A stretch of 64,000 nt of DNA, taken from the IMG/VR virus record IMGVR_UViG_3300014202_000879, positions 32,001-96,000 of that record. One strand, given 5' to 3'. The position numbers and the translations under genes were made by a program. The first letter of the stretch is position 1. The number at the start of each line of letters is the position of its first letter. The DNA comes from a virus. The notes below the pieces were generated by a model that worked only from the letters and a program-made list of their open reading frames with translations, had not been told where the DNA came from and ran no database searches. Below are positions 9,321 to 19,407 of this stretch, piece by piece.

Positions 9321-9349
9321 CATACCCTTTCAACTACAGAGGAACAGAT

Positions 9350-9817
9350 ATGACAGACAGACTACTGCATGCCGTTGTGTCCATCACCAGCGTCACAACC
9401 AAAGCTTTCATCGACTACAACGTGTACATGTATTTCACAAACGGCGTACGGCCGTTCTGGTACCCAGGTATGGGTAACGACGCCACGATAGTCAATCACA
9501 AGGACCATGGAAACATCTGCAGGATCTTGGCCAACATGACCACCGTAAAGATTGTGATGGCCCAGGCTGCATGCACATACGGTGCACCCTTGAGTAAAAG
9601 CGAAACCATATTCAGTCAAGAGGTCCGTGAGATTGCTCGGATAGGGTTCAGGACAGAGGCGGTCATCATGTCTGATGAAGCATCGGACCCTGTTGCTTTG
9701 CAAGAAGAATCGCTACGCAGGCAAGACGACCACCTGAACAAGATGCTCAAGCTGGACAAACACATAAAGGGTCCGAGACCGCATATGAAAAATCTCAATG
9801 ATATATACTTCAACTGA
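9350..9817 (+). CDS. hypothetical protein
   Basis: GAGGA RBS before ATG 9350; stop codon lies inside the next promoter motif. Confidence 0.7.
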   Translation: MTDRLLHAVVSITSVTTKAFIDYNVYMYFTNGVRPFWYPGMGNDATIVNHKDHGNICRILANMTTVKIVMAQAACTYGAPLSKSETIFSQEVREIARIGFRTEAVIMSDEASDPVALQEESLRRQDDHLNKMLKLDKHIKGPRPHMKNLNDIYFN

Positions 9818-9900
9818 CACTTTGGCTAATAGTTGCTGAGTTGTGTCGGTTGCAAGCACGCAACGAGAAGGCTGGCTTCGCCTATTTAAGAAGCAAGGAG
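9802..9900 (+). promoter_or_regulatory. early promoter plus structured leader with pseudoknot
   Basis: tatatacttcaactgacac; gttgc/gcaac; aggc/gcct with loop gcttc pairing to gaagc; aaggag. Confidence 0.7.
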
Positions 9901-9906
9901 TTTTCC

Positions 9907-10011
9907 ATGGAACAATATTGGGACGTCCCTCTGATCCCTACGCTGCTTATCGCAGCAGGTGTCGTGTATTTTGTCATCGACGCATGGCGTCGGTGGGGTG
10001 AAGAAGAATGA
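9907..10011 (+). CDS. 34-aa single-TM membrane peptide (below ORF-track cutoff)
   Basis: AAGGAG RBS; MEQYWDVPLIPTLLIAAGVVYFVIDAWRRWGEEE; ATGA overlap with next gene. Confidence 0.75.
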   Translation: MEQYWDVPLIPTLLIAAGVVYFVIDAWRRWGEEE

Positions 10012-10529
10012 TCGGCAACGCTCATTTCTTCGCTGAGGTTGTCCTGTGCGGCTCTGAGCAAGAGTATGCAGACTACCTTACTTCGTGTGGGATCAGAGAT
10101 GAGCTCCTGGCGAAGAATATCGATCATCTCAAACGAACCGGTGGGGGTGCTGCCATGATCATCGATCACGACACGCTCGATACCATTCGCAGATTTGGCG
10201 ATGGTATCGAGCACCAGGAGAAGAACGGCATCGCTCTAGGCGGCCATGTCGTCGTGGTCAATTTCTTTGGGTTGACGCCTGAGGAAATGTTTGCTGTGGT
10301 CGCTCACGAAAGCGGTCACGTTGCATGCGGCCACCGCAGTGACGATGGTGAGGATGAGCTGCGCAGAGAACTCGAAGCAGACAGAATGGCTGCCTACGAG
10401 GTGGGGGCAGACCTTATGAAGTCCGCCCTCATCAAGTTGAGGAACAGACTCATTGTGTCCTATCCTTCAGAAATGAGCTTTCAGCATTTTGAAAATCTGA
10501 ATGCGCGTATAGAGGCGCTAACCTTTTGA
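10008..10529 (+). CDS. zincin metallopeptidase (M48/M78-like)
   Basis: AVVAHESGH and ELEADRMA motifs. Confidence 0.75.
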   Translation: MIGNAHFFAEVVLCGSEQEYADYLTSCGIRDELLAKNIDHLKRTGGGAAMIIDHDTLDTIRRFGDGIEHQEKNGIALGGHVVVVNFFGLTPEEMFAVVAHESGHVACGHRSDDGEDELRRELEADRMAAYEVGADLMKSALIKLRNRLIVSYPSEMSFQHFENLNARIEALTF

Positions 10530-10607
10530 AAGGCACTGATTTGGTCAGAAAAACACAGCACCATTGGGGTGGGTGTTTTTTTTTCTTTTCTATCACATCT
10601 ATACTCA

Positions 10608-10626
10608 CATATACTTCAACTGACAC
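10608..10626 (+). promoter_or_regulatory. early promoter
   Basis: catatacttcaactgacac after a terminator-like T tract; followed by cacaac/gttgtg hairpin. Confidence 0.7.
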
Positions 10627-10665
10627 AACGCAGTGTTGTGACTAACCGTGAAGGATGGCGACCGT

Positions 10666-11136
10666 ATGAATAACATAGGCTCCATGGATAAACCTGTCAA
10701 AGATGTCAGGTTCCGTGCAGAGGACTCCAAACTTATCGGAGTCATCATGAGCACCATTGGTGATAAGCCCGACTGGTGGAGCAGACGGTTTGAACTCGCC
10801 GGATATGTGGACCGGTGTATCCAAGCAGGTTTCTGCAAAACCTCTGACCAGATGAGGCTATGTGCCTTGCGTTATATCGATGGTAAACGCAAGATCACCC
10901 CGCCAGGTACAAAGAAGAAAAAGACAGCCGAGAAAAAACTTGCGGCTGTCCTCAAAAATGTACCTCGTGCGCTTTCGGACGCAATAGACAACGTCTGTAA
11001 ATCCAAGTCAGCTGACGAGTACAAGAATGGGAACACCAAAGCCATTAACTCGATGGTAGGTATGGTGATGAAGCTCCATAAGTACGACGCAGCCATCGTC
11101 AAACAACTACTGATCAACAAACTGGAGGATCGTTGA
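10666..11136 (+). CDS. protein with C-terminal GatB/YqeY-like domain
   Basis: ADEYKNGNTKAINSMVGMVMK...DAAIVKQLLINKL resembles the GatB C-terminal helical domain. Confidence 0.65.
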   Translation: MNNIGSMDKPVKDVRFRAEDSKLIGVIMSTIGDKPDWWSRRFELAGYVDRCIQAGFCKTSDQMRLCALRYIDGKRKITPPGTKKKKTAEKKLAAVLKNVPRALSDAIDNVCKSKSADEYKNGNTKAINSMVGMVMKLHKYDAAIVKQLLINKLEDR

Positions 11137-11966
11137 TGAAAACACCCCACAAAACAATCTCATCTGTGCTTGCGAGAAAAAAGATTCCTATGGAACACGA
11201 ACTTAGTGCCGATGATCTCAAAAAGAAACTGATCAGAGACGAGGATGGTGACTGCAGTGTCGCCGGTATGCGATTTGAGAAATACCGGTTTGCGTCATCT
11301 GGGTCTTACGAGAGCGACTGGATGAAAATAGTCTATCTGATCGACAATCCCGTACCTGGCTTTCCACCTGTATTGCTCGTGGCCATGAACCGCAGGAGAA
11401 ATGCTTATAAGCGATCCTCAGAACTCTTCAAGACATTAGAACCAGTGGGGCACCATGCGGCTTATGTTTCGAACAGCAGCGTGATTATCTGCCCTCATTG
11501 TACCTTGAGCGACATCTTCAGCGTGCGTTTTTGGCCACACGCACATTACTCGGTCAAGCAAAACCATGACGGTGCATGGGGCATCACATCCGTGCGCTAC
11601 GCTGCGTCCATGGCTGATCTCATATCAGAGCTGGGATCGCCAGTATCCCGAATCGAATACCCTAAGAACGGGATTGTTAGCCACAACAATGGGATTATTT
11701 TTGGTGGCATCAAGATGACCAAAGAAAATGCCATCTGGTTATTTACATCCATTCTGAATCAGCCACAGGTAGGTAGCAGCCAGGCTATCTTGAGTGTCCT
11801 GTACCCTCAGGTCATGTGTCTGCATGCGCAGCAAACCAGTTTCGATGCATCTGCTACTTTGGCTGGACTCTTGACGGAAATGGCCACAGCGTTAGAGGAG
11901 ATCCTCTTGGCTGAGATGGCCATGAAGTCAAAAAAACTTACCGAGTTAATGACAAAGCCACTGTAG
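11136..11966 (+). CDS. hypothetical protein, paralog family A
   Basis: TGATG coupling; C-terminal similarity to 13341-14147. Confidence 0.75.
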   Translation: MKTPHKTISSVLARKKIPMEHELSADDLKKKLIRDEDGDCSVAGMRFEKYRFASSGSYESDWMKIVYLIDNPVPGFPPVLLVAMNRRRNAYKRSSELFKTLEPVGHHAAYVSNSSVIICPHCTLSDIFSVRFWPHAHYSVKQNHDGAWGITSVRYAASMADLISELGSPVSRIEYPKNGIVSHNNGIIFGGIKMTKENAIWLFTSILNQPQVGSSQAILSVLYPQVMCLHAQQTSFDASATLAGLLTEMATALEEILLAEMAMKSKKLTELMTKPL

Positions 11967-12030
11967 CACCACAACAATCCAGTAACTATTCACCCGTCCC
12001 TTTCCCAACCACCAACCCTAGGAGTCCATC

Positions 12031-13266
12031 ATGAACACCCCTCAACAAGTCGTGTACCGCAATTCAGTCCCATGCTCCCCCATGAGCCCCAAATCGAAAC
12101 TGCTGTGGATGCCCAACACCCCCGCTTCGCTGATGATGCTCGAATCCCCCATCGCAATAATGGGGAACGGCTTCAACATGGCCTACCAGAAGCAAGTGGG
12201 TTTGGTCATCATCACATCAAAAGGCGAAGTACCAACCATCGATCCGGATATACTGTTGGTCAAAGCCTACAACACTTTGCAGGTGAGTCCCTACGACAAC
12301 AACTACACCCCCGCCGACCATTACAATCGAGTCGCCATTCAGCTCAAAGCCATTTTGTCACTGATCGCTGAGACCGGCTCCAGTGCCCTCGGGCATACGG
12401 ATGAGTCGCTCTCTTTCTGGAACGCTCAAAGGGCCAAGTACATGAGTCGGCGTTACCCATGTGTCTCTGACCTGGATACGTTGACCATTTACAAAGACAT
12501 CACGGTTTCTGCTTTACACGACGAAGCAACCAAGCATGCCGAAAGAGCGTTTCGCAGTCTGAAGACGTTTCAAACGATCATGCTGCTGGAGACGCTTTAT
12601 GGTTCTCATGGTTCTATGCCTGTTATGTATGACAGCGGTTCGTATCTGGCTAGGGAGCCCTCCTGGAACAACCTCCTGGTCCACGAAGGGTTCTTGGCCA
12701 ATGCCGAAATGGTGCTGAAGGAGTTCGCAGACGAACCCAGGAATTCTTTCCGATTTGAGATCAAAAACATCGATCGGTCGGCTGCAGACTTTGCTGCGTT
12801 CATCACCAAAACACCCGAGATGTTTGGAAAACCAGCCTGTTGGCGTCTGTGGACCTCCATGGACGGCGAGTCGCGGTCGGTTGTGAATGAATCGGATTCC
12901 ATCAGCCACTTGGTGAACATGGTCTCGTACATACAGGAGAACGGCAGCCTGGATACAACACCTTTGTTCAATTACTCATCGACACCAGGTGGTTATACGG
13001 GCAGCATGGTCGGACCAAACGGCTTGAACTTCCCTATGCCGGTATCCCAGCCACCTATGTTCGAGAAAGCGGCCGATGTCCCACACTGGCACCCTGCGTT
13101 CAAGCAACGTGATCGACGGCCTTTGCCTGGGCCACGAGGCAGTTCCGATGGGCTGTGTACCCGTATCGAAGAGCCCCATGAACCAAACACACAGCCGCCT
13201 CAATCGATGGGGGTGCTGGGTAAGTTCTCAGGCAGCGCTAATGTCGGTGACACCACACGCCGCTGA
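12031..13266 (+). CDS. hypothetical protein
   Basis: 411 aa, AGGAG RBS. Confidence 0.8.
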   Translation: MNTPQQVVYRNSVPCSPMSPKSKLLWMPNTPASLMMLESPIAIMGNGFNMAYQKQVGLVIITSKGEVPTIDPDILLVKAYNTLQVSPYDNNYTPADHYNRVAIQLKAILSLIAETGSSALGHTDESLSFWNAQRAKYMSRRYPCVSDLDTLTIYKDITVSALHDEATKHAERAFRSLKTFQTIMLLETLYGSHGSMPVMYDSGSYLAREPSWNNLLVHEGFLANAEMVLKEFADEPRNSFRFEIKNIDRSAADFAAFITKTPEMFGKPACWRLWTSMDGESRSVVNESDSISHLVNMVSYIQENGSLDTTPLFNYSSTPGGYTGSMVGPNGLNFPMPVSQPPMFEKAADVPHWHPAFKQRDRRPLPGPRGSSDGLCTRIEEPHEPNTQPPQSMGVLGKFSGSANVGDTTRR

Positions 13267-13340
13267 TTGGTGATCCTGTAAGGATGGTACTGCGTATTTT
13301 GCAGTACCATCCTTTTTTTCAACTCATTCATAACAACACC

Positions 13341-14147
13341 ATGGAAAAAGAAAATCAGTCGCTTGAGCAAAACCACGCCATCTCCACCAGTCTGGCTCAT
13401 ATACAAAACCACTTTATGGTGGGTGGTATAGAAGTAGTCCGGCACAATGGAGTAGGTTCTGCTGAGGGTGTGGAGACCTATCTCGTCACCAAGAGCCCGA
13501 CCCACGACATAGGCGCCAAGACCAACATCTTCAGAGGCAACCTCATGCCTGGTACTTATGTCGTGGTAGAACGTGAAAACCCCAGTACCTTGGAAACTGA
13601 CAGAACTTCTTGGGTTGAAACTTGTGAACTTGCGGGGTTGGGTGAAGTCAAGATGGGCACCTATTCGAAGCACCGATACCCACCCACCAACGAACCTCTT
13701 CTGGCCGTAAACCAGATGGCTGTCTACGAGGTGGTATACATACAGTTGGTGTACAGAAAAGATGGTACAGCCAGACAAGTCGTTAGCAGTTCCCAGAGTC
13801 TTGAAACAGCCTATAGCAGGGGCAGCCAAGCTACCGTGTCACGCAGACACACCTTTGTCTCTAAGGAGGCGCTTGATCCCGTCTTGATTGATCTTGGTGA
13901 CAGTGTCTTGTTCGCTGGCCGTGCCTGGGAAAAAGAAAAAGCAGTGGCTTTGTTCAAAGACATTGTGGACAAAGGTTGCATCGGCGACGTCCGTGCCATT
14001 ATGGAATTCTTGTACCCAAGTATGTACATTACCGAAGACCAATCCAAGCCCATCGTGCCAAGCTTGGTCTTTGACCGAATGATTAACCTGATGAGAACAG
14101 TCATACAGGGACACGGGTTTGACCCGCTGGCCTACTTTTCCTCTTGA
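13341..14147 (+). CDS. hypothetical protein, paralog family A
   Basis: VLFAG...KEKAVALFKDIVDK...LYP matches IIFGG...KENAIWLFTSILNQ...LYP of 11136-11966. Confidence 0.75.
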   Translation: MEKENQSLEQNHAISTSLAHIQNHFMVGGIEVVRHNGVGSAEGVETYLVTKSPTHDIGAKTNIFRGNLMPGTYVVVERENPSTLETDRTSWVETCELAGLGEVKMGTYSKHRYPPTNEPLLAVNQMAVYEVVYIQLVYRKDGTARQVVSSSQSLETAYSRGSQATVSRRHTFVSKEALDPVLIDLGDSVLFAGRAWEKEKAVALFKDIVDKGCIGDVRAIMEFLYPSMYITEDQSKPIVPSLVFDRMINLMRTVIQGHGFDPLAYFSS

Positions 14148-14172
14148 GACCACAACCACGGAAGTCACAACC

Positions 14173-14832
14173 ATGAACCCAAAACCTGCGGTAGCACGGA
14201 CCAAAGGACAGAAATCCAAGGAACTCGATCGTACCGAATTAATTATGTTGACCACGGACATCTGTAATATCACAACCATGAACCCAGAACTCATAGTAGC
14301 ACAAATGGTCAGTAAGCGTGCCGATGGGACCTCTACTGCTGACCCACACCATGTGAACAAAGCTGTAGAACAGTTTGTGCGCCTGCGGCATTTGACCCAG
14401 TGCATCGAAAACACAAAAGACTACCCGCCTACCGAGCTCCAGAAAAGGATCCTGGAGTTTGGTTTGGACTACCATGCTTTGATGTATGCAAAGTCAACAC
14501 CTGGTGCAGACATTGCCGCTTTGCAGGAGTTGGCTCTCACCACGGACACCAACCGTAAGATGTACGGTGATGAGGATGGTGGCGAGATTGCTTACGATTT
14601 TGCTGGCATCGACGGTGCGGACAAGAAGGCGTGTGAGAAAAGAATCCTGGAAGTTGGTTCTGCTGACATGTGCCTGAAGTTTGCTTTGAATGTGCCTGGT
14701 GCTGATGTGGAGGCACTGCACGCCAGAGTAAAAGGTATGAGGGAACCGATGGATCGGGGTTCATGGGGTGACATATTGGATCAGCTTGTTACTATCTTGA
14801 GCTTCTACAACACCAACCAACCCAAGACATAA
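14173..14832 (+). CDS. hypothetical protein with three short helical GAD repeats
   Basis: YAKSTPGADIAALQ / FAGIDGADKKACE / FALNVPGADVEALH. Confidence 0.75.
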   Translation: MNPKPAVARTKGQKSKELDRTELIMLTTDICNITTMNPELIVAQMVSKRADGTSTADPHHVNKAVEQFVRLRHLTQCIENTKDYPPTELQKRILEFGLDYHALMYAKSTPGADIAALQELALTTDTNRKMYGDEDGGEIAYDFAGIDGADKKACEKRILEVGSADMCLKFALNVPGADVEALHARVKGMREPMDRGSWGDILDQLVTILSFYNTNQPKT

Positions 14833-14887
14833 TCCACACGGGGCGCATGTTCATACCATGCACCCCTCCCTATCTTTTTTTGGCTCC

Positions 14888-14985
14888 TATATACTTTAAC
14901 TGACATACCTGCCAATAGGTCATGCTCATCGCCACAAGTACGTGGCAAAGGGTTAGTCTACACCCTGCACAAAAGGACAAAGGAA
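14888..14985 (+). promoter_or_regulatory. early promoter plus structured leader with pseudoknot
   Basis: tatatactttaactgaca; gccac/gtggc hairpin; pseudoknot segment identical to 288-321. Confidence 0.7.
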
Positions 14986-14992
14986 TTGAAAA

Positions 14993-15724
14993 ATGGCTAC
15001 ATGTTTTCACATCGGCAACAAGGTGGTACATAAAACCTCCTTGAATAGCTGGGGGTTTGATATCGTAAACATCGACGGCAGTGCTGTGGACGAAGTGAAG
15101 GTTGGTGAACTGTTCATCATTCATTCTGTGCTGCTGGACAAATACAGAATGATCAGCGAGGCAAGCGAGCTGGCCGCTCTCATCGAGAAAGTACTCGAAG
15201 GGGTCTATGGTGAGCAGAGAGAACAGGATGGTCTTGTGAACAAAATCGACGCCGTCGAACTCATGAAACTGAAGGTCAGCCATGAGGTGAATTCGAACAT
15301 GTTCGAAAAAATGTTCGAGTTGGAGGTCAAAAATCTCACCAAGCGGCTGGAAACACGGTTCGCTTGTCTGCTGCTGGACGGGCGGTTTGTTCCGAGCCAG
15401 CCGTTGGACAACGCGGCCATCGATGCTCTGATCGAGGTAGCACACTCGGATCTGCGTGAACAGGCGGAGAAGTTGTTCTTGGCTGAAGAACGCTTTGTGT
15501 TCCCTTTCAGTTCCCCTGACACGGGCTGGGTATACGCAGCACTGATCTGGAGACCGACAACCAGCAAAAAGGGCAACCGGGCTCTTGTGGTGGATCGCAA
15601 AACCTACATCAGCCTGTTACCACAAGAATTCCCCGATGAGTCCCCAGTGGGAAAAAACGTGGCTGTGGAGGGATTTCCTTCCATGGTGCAAGCGCTGAAC
15701 GCTCTCCTCAGTCGCTGGTGGTGA
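14993..15724 (+). CDS. hypothetical early protein
   Basis: 243 aa, AAGGA RBS after leader. Confidence 0.8.
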   Translation: MATCFHIGNKVVHKTSLNSWGFDIVNIDGSAVDEVKVGELFIIHSVLLDKYRMISEASELAALIEKVLEGVYGEQREQDGLVNKIDAVELMKLKVSHEVNSNMFEKMFELEVKNLTKRLETRFACLLLDGRFVPSQPLDNAAIDALIEVAHSDLREQAEKLFLAEERFVFPFSSPDTGWVYAALIWRPTTSKKGNRALVVDRKTYISLLPQEFPDESPVGKNVAVEGFPSMVQALNALLSRWW

Positions 15725-15988
15725 TGTAGGTGTGTATGGGTGCCTAGGCACCCATACACACTCATACAGCTGCTACTGATAACCAAATCCACAACCAATC
15801 ATTTTTTCTTACATCATGAAACATCGCACAAAACTCGATACTGGGTCATGGGAAAGCACCCGGACGAACGACATCTGGCTATTCTCCGTCTGCAGCACAT
15901 AGGCAAAGAGCTCGAAAGACTGAGGATCAAATTGGTTACCATTCACCAAAATTCCATCAAGCCGAGCAGCTCATAAGGAAAAGAAACC

Positions 15989-16366
15989 ATGGACAAAATT
16001 TACAGCAAAAAAGAAATTCAGTTTGCTCTTGGAACACTGTACAGCAGCAGGATCATGCCTGTTGATATCGAAGACTGGGGACTCAAGAAGAAAGAAATCT
16101 GGGTATCGTTTTCCAAGTCTTCGCAAGGAATCTGGGCAGCTGTATTCATCGGGCTTGATGAAACCCTCGACAGGCTCCGTGACAAGAGCATGAAGTTTCC
16201 AGTGTTGTCTAACTGGAACGAGTGGGAGTTGGCCGAGAACGACAAGGTGATCAATTCCATAGAGCTGCTCGACACCACCATCTGGGTGTTTATCGATGCA
16301 GCAAAAGGCAAGGTCGGTCTGTACAGATCATACGACCAAGCCACAGACAAATTTCGCAACACTTAA
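15989..16366 (+). CDS. hypothetical protein (domain family C)
   Basis: AAGGA RBS; IWVFIDAAKGKV resembles C-terminus of next gene. Confidence 0.75.
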   Translation: MDKIYSKKEIQFALGTLYSSRIMPVDIEDWGLKKKEIWVSFSKSSQGIWAAVFIGLDETLDRLRDKSMKFPVLSNWNEWELAENDKVINSIELLDTTIWVFIDAAKGKVGLYRSYDQATDKFRNT

Positions 16367-16377
16367 GAGGAATCAAA

Positions 16378-17418
16378 ATGGCCATGAAATCAGAAGACAC
16401 CCAAAACGTCAGAGCCAACAGCCGTCTGAATCTCAATGGTTACACGGTGGTGCTCGATCACACAGACGACACAATAGAAGTCACCACCATAGGTGACAAA
16501 GGCCAAGTGATCCTTGCCCCTGACCACAAACTACCCCATGTGCTGTTTCTTTTGCTGTGTAGCCACCCCCAGCGGCCGAATCCAGATACCGACAAAGCAA
16601 AGAATCTGCTTCTGAAGCGGTTGAGGAAAATTGCACTTGACTGTACCTGTAGTTACGATGCTACAAATACCTGTGGTGGACTGAGAGAGGCTCTCATGTT
16701 TGATTATCCCAATCTCTCCAATGGCCCAACAACTACCTACCCATGGATGGGTCAGAATGTCTTCGCTACCGACGTACTGGTTTTCGCAACCGATGAGATC
16801 AAAGAGGACCGCGATCTTTCTTTTCAGATTCGGACATTGACAACAGATAGGATTGAGGTTTTCAAGAAAGTAATAATTGCCTCAACCCTTTGGCAGGAGT
16901 TCCTTGTGTTGGACCACCTGTGTGGCCGATACGACTATACTCAGCTACAGTCGCATCTGTACGTCGTGGTGGCGAAAATATGCCAACAGCTTGAGCAAAG
17001 TATCCTCGTCAACTTAAGAACGATGTTCTTCGCGGGCTCCCCACCACGAGCTGTTGATGAAAAACAGAAAGTCGATGAACCTCGTGACATTGAAGAGTTT
17101 TCTTTTCATGACGCAACGTCGATGTGCAAAAAGCTCTACCACCAGGGTGTGCATTTCTGGGCAGAGGTGTTGGTGAATGAAGGCAAGAACAAGAAGGTTG
17201 TCTTGCACGAAACCATCACAAGTGCACTGAACAGAAGTCGACCTGAAACGAACGATGGTGCCAAAATGCTGAATTTTGGTCGCTCCACAGTGGGCTTTTG
17301 TCGTTCCGAAGTTCATGGCCTGGAAGTCTGGGTGGCACTGGACTCCACCACCAAGAAGCTGTATGTCCGCAAGACGCTCAGCGGCTGTCTGGAGCTGTTT
17401 ACCAAGCACGCGCAATAG
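16378..17418 (+). CDS. hypothetical protein (family B domain plus family C domain)
   Basis: GAGGA RBS; ASTLWQEFLVL and VWVALDSTTKKL motifs. Confidence 0.75.
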   Translation: MAMKSEDTQNVRANSRLNLNGYTVVLDHTDDTIEVTTIGDKGQVILAPDHKLPHVLFLLLCSHPQRPNPDTDKAKNLLLKRLRKIALDCTCSYDATNTCGGLREALMFDYPNLSNGPTTTYPWMGQNVFATDVLVFATDEIKEDRDLSFQIRTLTTDRIEVFKKVIIASTLWQEFLVLDHLCGRYDYTQLQSHLYVVVAKICQQLEQSILVNLRTMFFAGSPPRAVDEKQKVDEPRDIEEFSFHDATSMCKKLYHQGVHFWAEVLVNEGKNKKVVLHETITSALNRSRPETNDGAKMLNFGRSTVGFCRSEVHGLEVWVALDSTTKKLYVRKTLSGCLELFTKHAQ

Positions 17419-17465
17419 GCACCTACCCAAACCCTCCCCTTAACCAACTTTTGAGGAAAACCCCC

Positions 17466-18158
17466 ATGTTAGACAAACCGATTGAAGTACAGTTTGCCGC
17501 CTTTACCCTGATGCTTGATGCACAGGGGGAGGTAAAGGCGGTGTTCAACGAATTGGCTCCAGCGATACTTAGATCGCCCACGCTGCCTATGTGTGCATCG
17601 ATTCCATATATTCTCCACCCTGTTTTGTTCGGGCCCAGCCTTGGATGGAATAAAAAGGAACTAGAACCGGTGATTCAGCGCAGGCTGGTGGATGCACTTC
17701 TGGACAAAATGAAGTCCAGGGTCCTGGAGCTATCTGCCCCTGGGACAGAGGCCGACAGACCATCCATCGTCAGATGTTGCTACTCCCGCACACCTGACTA
17801 CAAGTACGAGCCTTTGAATCTCAGTTGGAGCGAACAAGAGTTCTTCATGACACAGCGGCTGACGATCCCTATGCCCCGTTTCACCAGCCACCGAGACACA
17901 CTGCCGTTTATGATCAAGGTCGACTCAAGTGACCCCATGGCGGTGTTGGTTGACGATGGTTTTGGTGTAATGCACGCCCAGGATCTTTGGGAGTCTTATC
18001 TCGTTTTCAGAGATATCTGCGAAGCCTTGACTGTATGTCCGCCCCCACTAAGACTTATACACGAAGCCGCTAGCAGCCGAGCCAGCCATAGCTTCCTGCA
18101 CCACTACAGGGCCCAGGAAGCACAGAAGAATCCAAAGGCACACTGGCTCAGTATGTAG
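17466..18158 (+). CDS. hypothetical protein, family B
   Basis: GAGGA RBS; VDDGFGVMHAQDLWESYLV. Confidence 0.8.
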   Translation: MLDKPIEVQFAAFTLMLDAQGEVKAVFNELAPAILRSPTLPMCASIPYILHPVLFGPSLGWNKKELEPVIQRRLVDALLDKMKSRVLELSAPGTEADRPSIVRCCYSRTPDYKYEPLNLSWSEQEFFMTQRLTIPMPRFTSHRDTLPFMIKVDSSDPMAVLVDDGFGVMHAQDLWESYLVFRDICEALTVCPPPLRLIHEAASSRASHSFLHHYRAQEAQKNPKAHWLSM

Positions 18159-18203
18159 TCGATAGCCAATCCCGACAACACCTACCAACAAGAGAACCTT
18201 TCC

Positions 18204-19091
18204 ATGACAGCAACAAATCCTTCCGTTACAGAAATTCAAATGGAGCCGTACACGATAAAGATCGTACACGCAGACCCGCCATATGCTGATGTGAAGCTGA
18301 GTTACCCAATCACAGCCGTGGTGTCGTCTGAATCGACCTTACCTCAGCTTCTGTATAGGTTCCTCAGGAAGAAAAGATCCATACTCACCACACCGGAAAT
18401 CGAGGAAGTCGTAAGAACGATCTTGTCGCAGCTTGAATGTGACATGATGATGAGACTGACCAAGCATCTTGGATCGTCTGCACGAAGCATGTGTCCAGTC
18501 GACCTGGATGCCTGTTTTGCACACGAACGACTCTCCCATGATTGGAAGGAAACCCCAGAACTGTTTCCTTGCTCAGATCCTTCTGAGATCCTCTGCACCA
18601 ACAAGCTGGTGTTTGAGCAGATCGAGGCGTTGGTTGAGTGCGAAGAACTTTGGTTCTTCGCACGTGTTCCGGGAGAGTCTCCTTCGGAATTCTATGTCGA
18701 TGCGGGTCTGGGCGCGATGACTGCGGGCAATCTCTGGGAATCCTATCTTGTTCTGCAAAACGTCAGTAGTTTTCTTGCGTCGACACATCAGCCTACAGGA
18801 CTGACTACCCTACAGGACCTTGTTCTACGAAGGGCTTGTGAGTCATTCCAATCGCATTATGAGAACACCTACGAGGTCATGGCCAACCCAACCAAGCAAA
18901 AGGATCAACCAAAAGACCCTTTCGACGTCTTCGAACCGTTCTTCGCACAGACAGCCAAAGAGAAGACCGAACCACCTGCCAAAGCCGCTCCTTCTGCCGC
19001 ACCCAAGTCAGTTGTCTCTACGCCAAAACAGAGCAAGCACAAGTTCTGCTACGGTGTCAGTGGGGGTGGTCTCACTGCTTCCACGAGATGA
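18204..19091 (+). CDS. hypothetical protein, family B
   Basis: VDAGLGAMTAGNLWESYLV. Confidence 0.8.
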   Translation: MTATNPSVTEIQMEPYTIKIVHADPPYADVKLSYPITAVVSSESTLPQLLYRFLRKKRSILTTPEIEEVVRTILSQLECDMMMRLTKHLGSSARSMCPVDLDACFAHERLSHDWKETPELFPCSDPSEILCTNKLVFEQIEALVECEELWFFARVPGESPSEFYVDAGLGAMTAGNLWESYLVLQNVSSFLASTHQPTGLTTLQDLVLRRACESFQSHYENTYEVMANPTKQKDQPKDPFDVFEPFFAQTAKEKTEPPAKAAPSAAPKSVVSTPKQSKHKFCYGVSGGGLTASTR

Positions 19092-19357
19092 CTTTTGCAG
19101 ACTTCAGTGTTGTGGTGGCAGTCAACAAAGGCACTACCGATAAATCCTGGGTCGCCTTGTACAACAACATGCAGGAGGTCTTAGATCAAGCCACAAGCCA
19201 GAAACTTGAGATTCTGTTCTCTGACACCAGCTCTGGTGTTCTGTTCATGAAATCGCAAGACGGTCAACAACGTGTTTGGTTGGTGGTCAATACCTACATG
19301 GAGACCGTCCTTTGTACGACAGACTTTGCTGACGCATACGAAGAGCTTAAGGCGTAA
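19088..19357 (+). CDS. small hypothetical protein
   Basis: ATGA coupling, 89 aa. Confidence 0.65.
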   Translation: MTFADFSVVVAVNKGTTDKSWVALYNNMQEVLDQATSQKLEILFSDTSSGVLFMKSQDGQQRVWLVVNTYMETVLCTTDFADAYEELKA

Positions 19358-19368
19358 ACAACGAGACA

Positions 19369-19400
19369 CCACACTGCACCAGATATCTGGTGCAGTGTGG
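19369..19400. repeat. 32-bp perfect palindrome between convergent genes
   Basis: ccacactgcaccagatatctggtgcagtgtgg. Confidence 0.9.
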
Positions 19401-19407
19401 GTTTCGC

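Noticed and set aside
15740-15976. 78-aa ORF in the gap after 15724
   Set aside because: GTG start without RBS and a competing 28-codon frame; cannot decide which, if either, is real.
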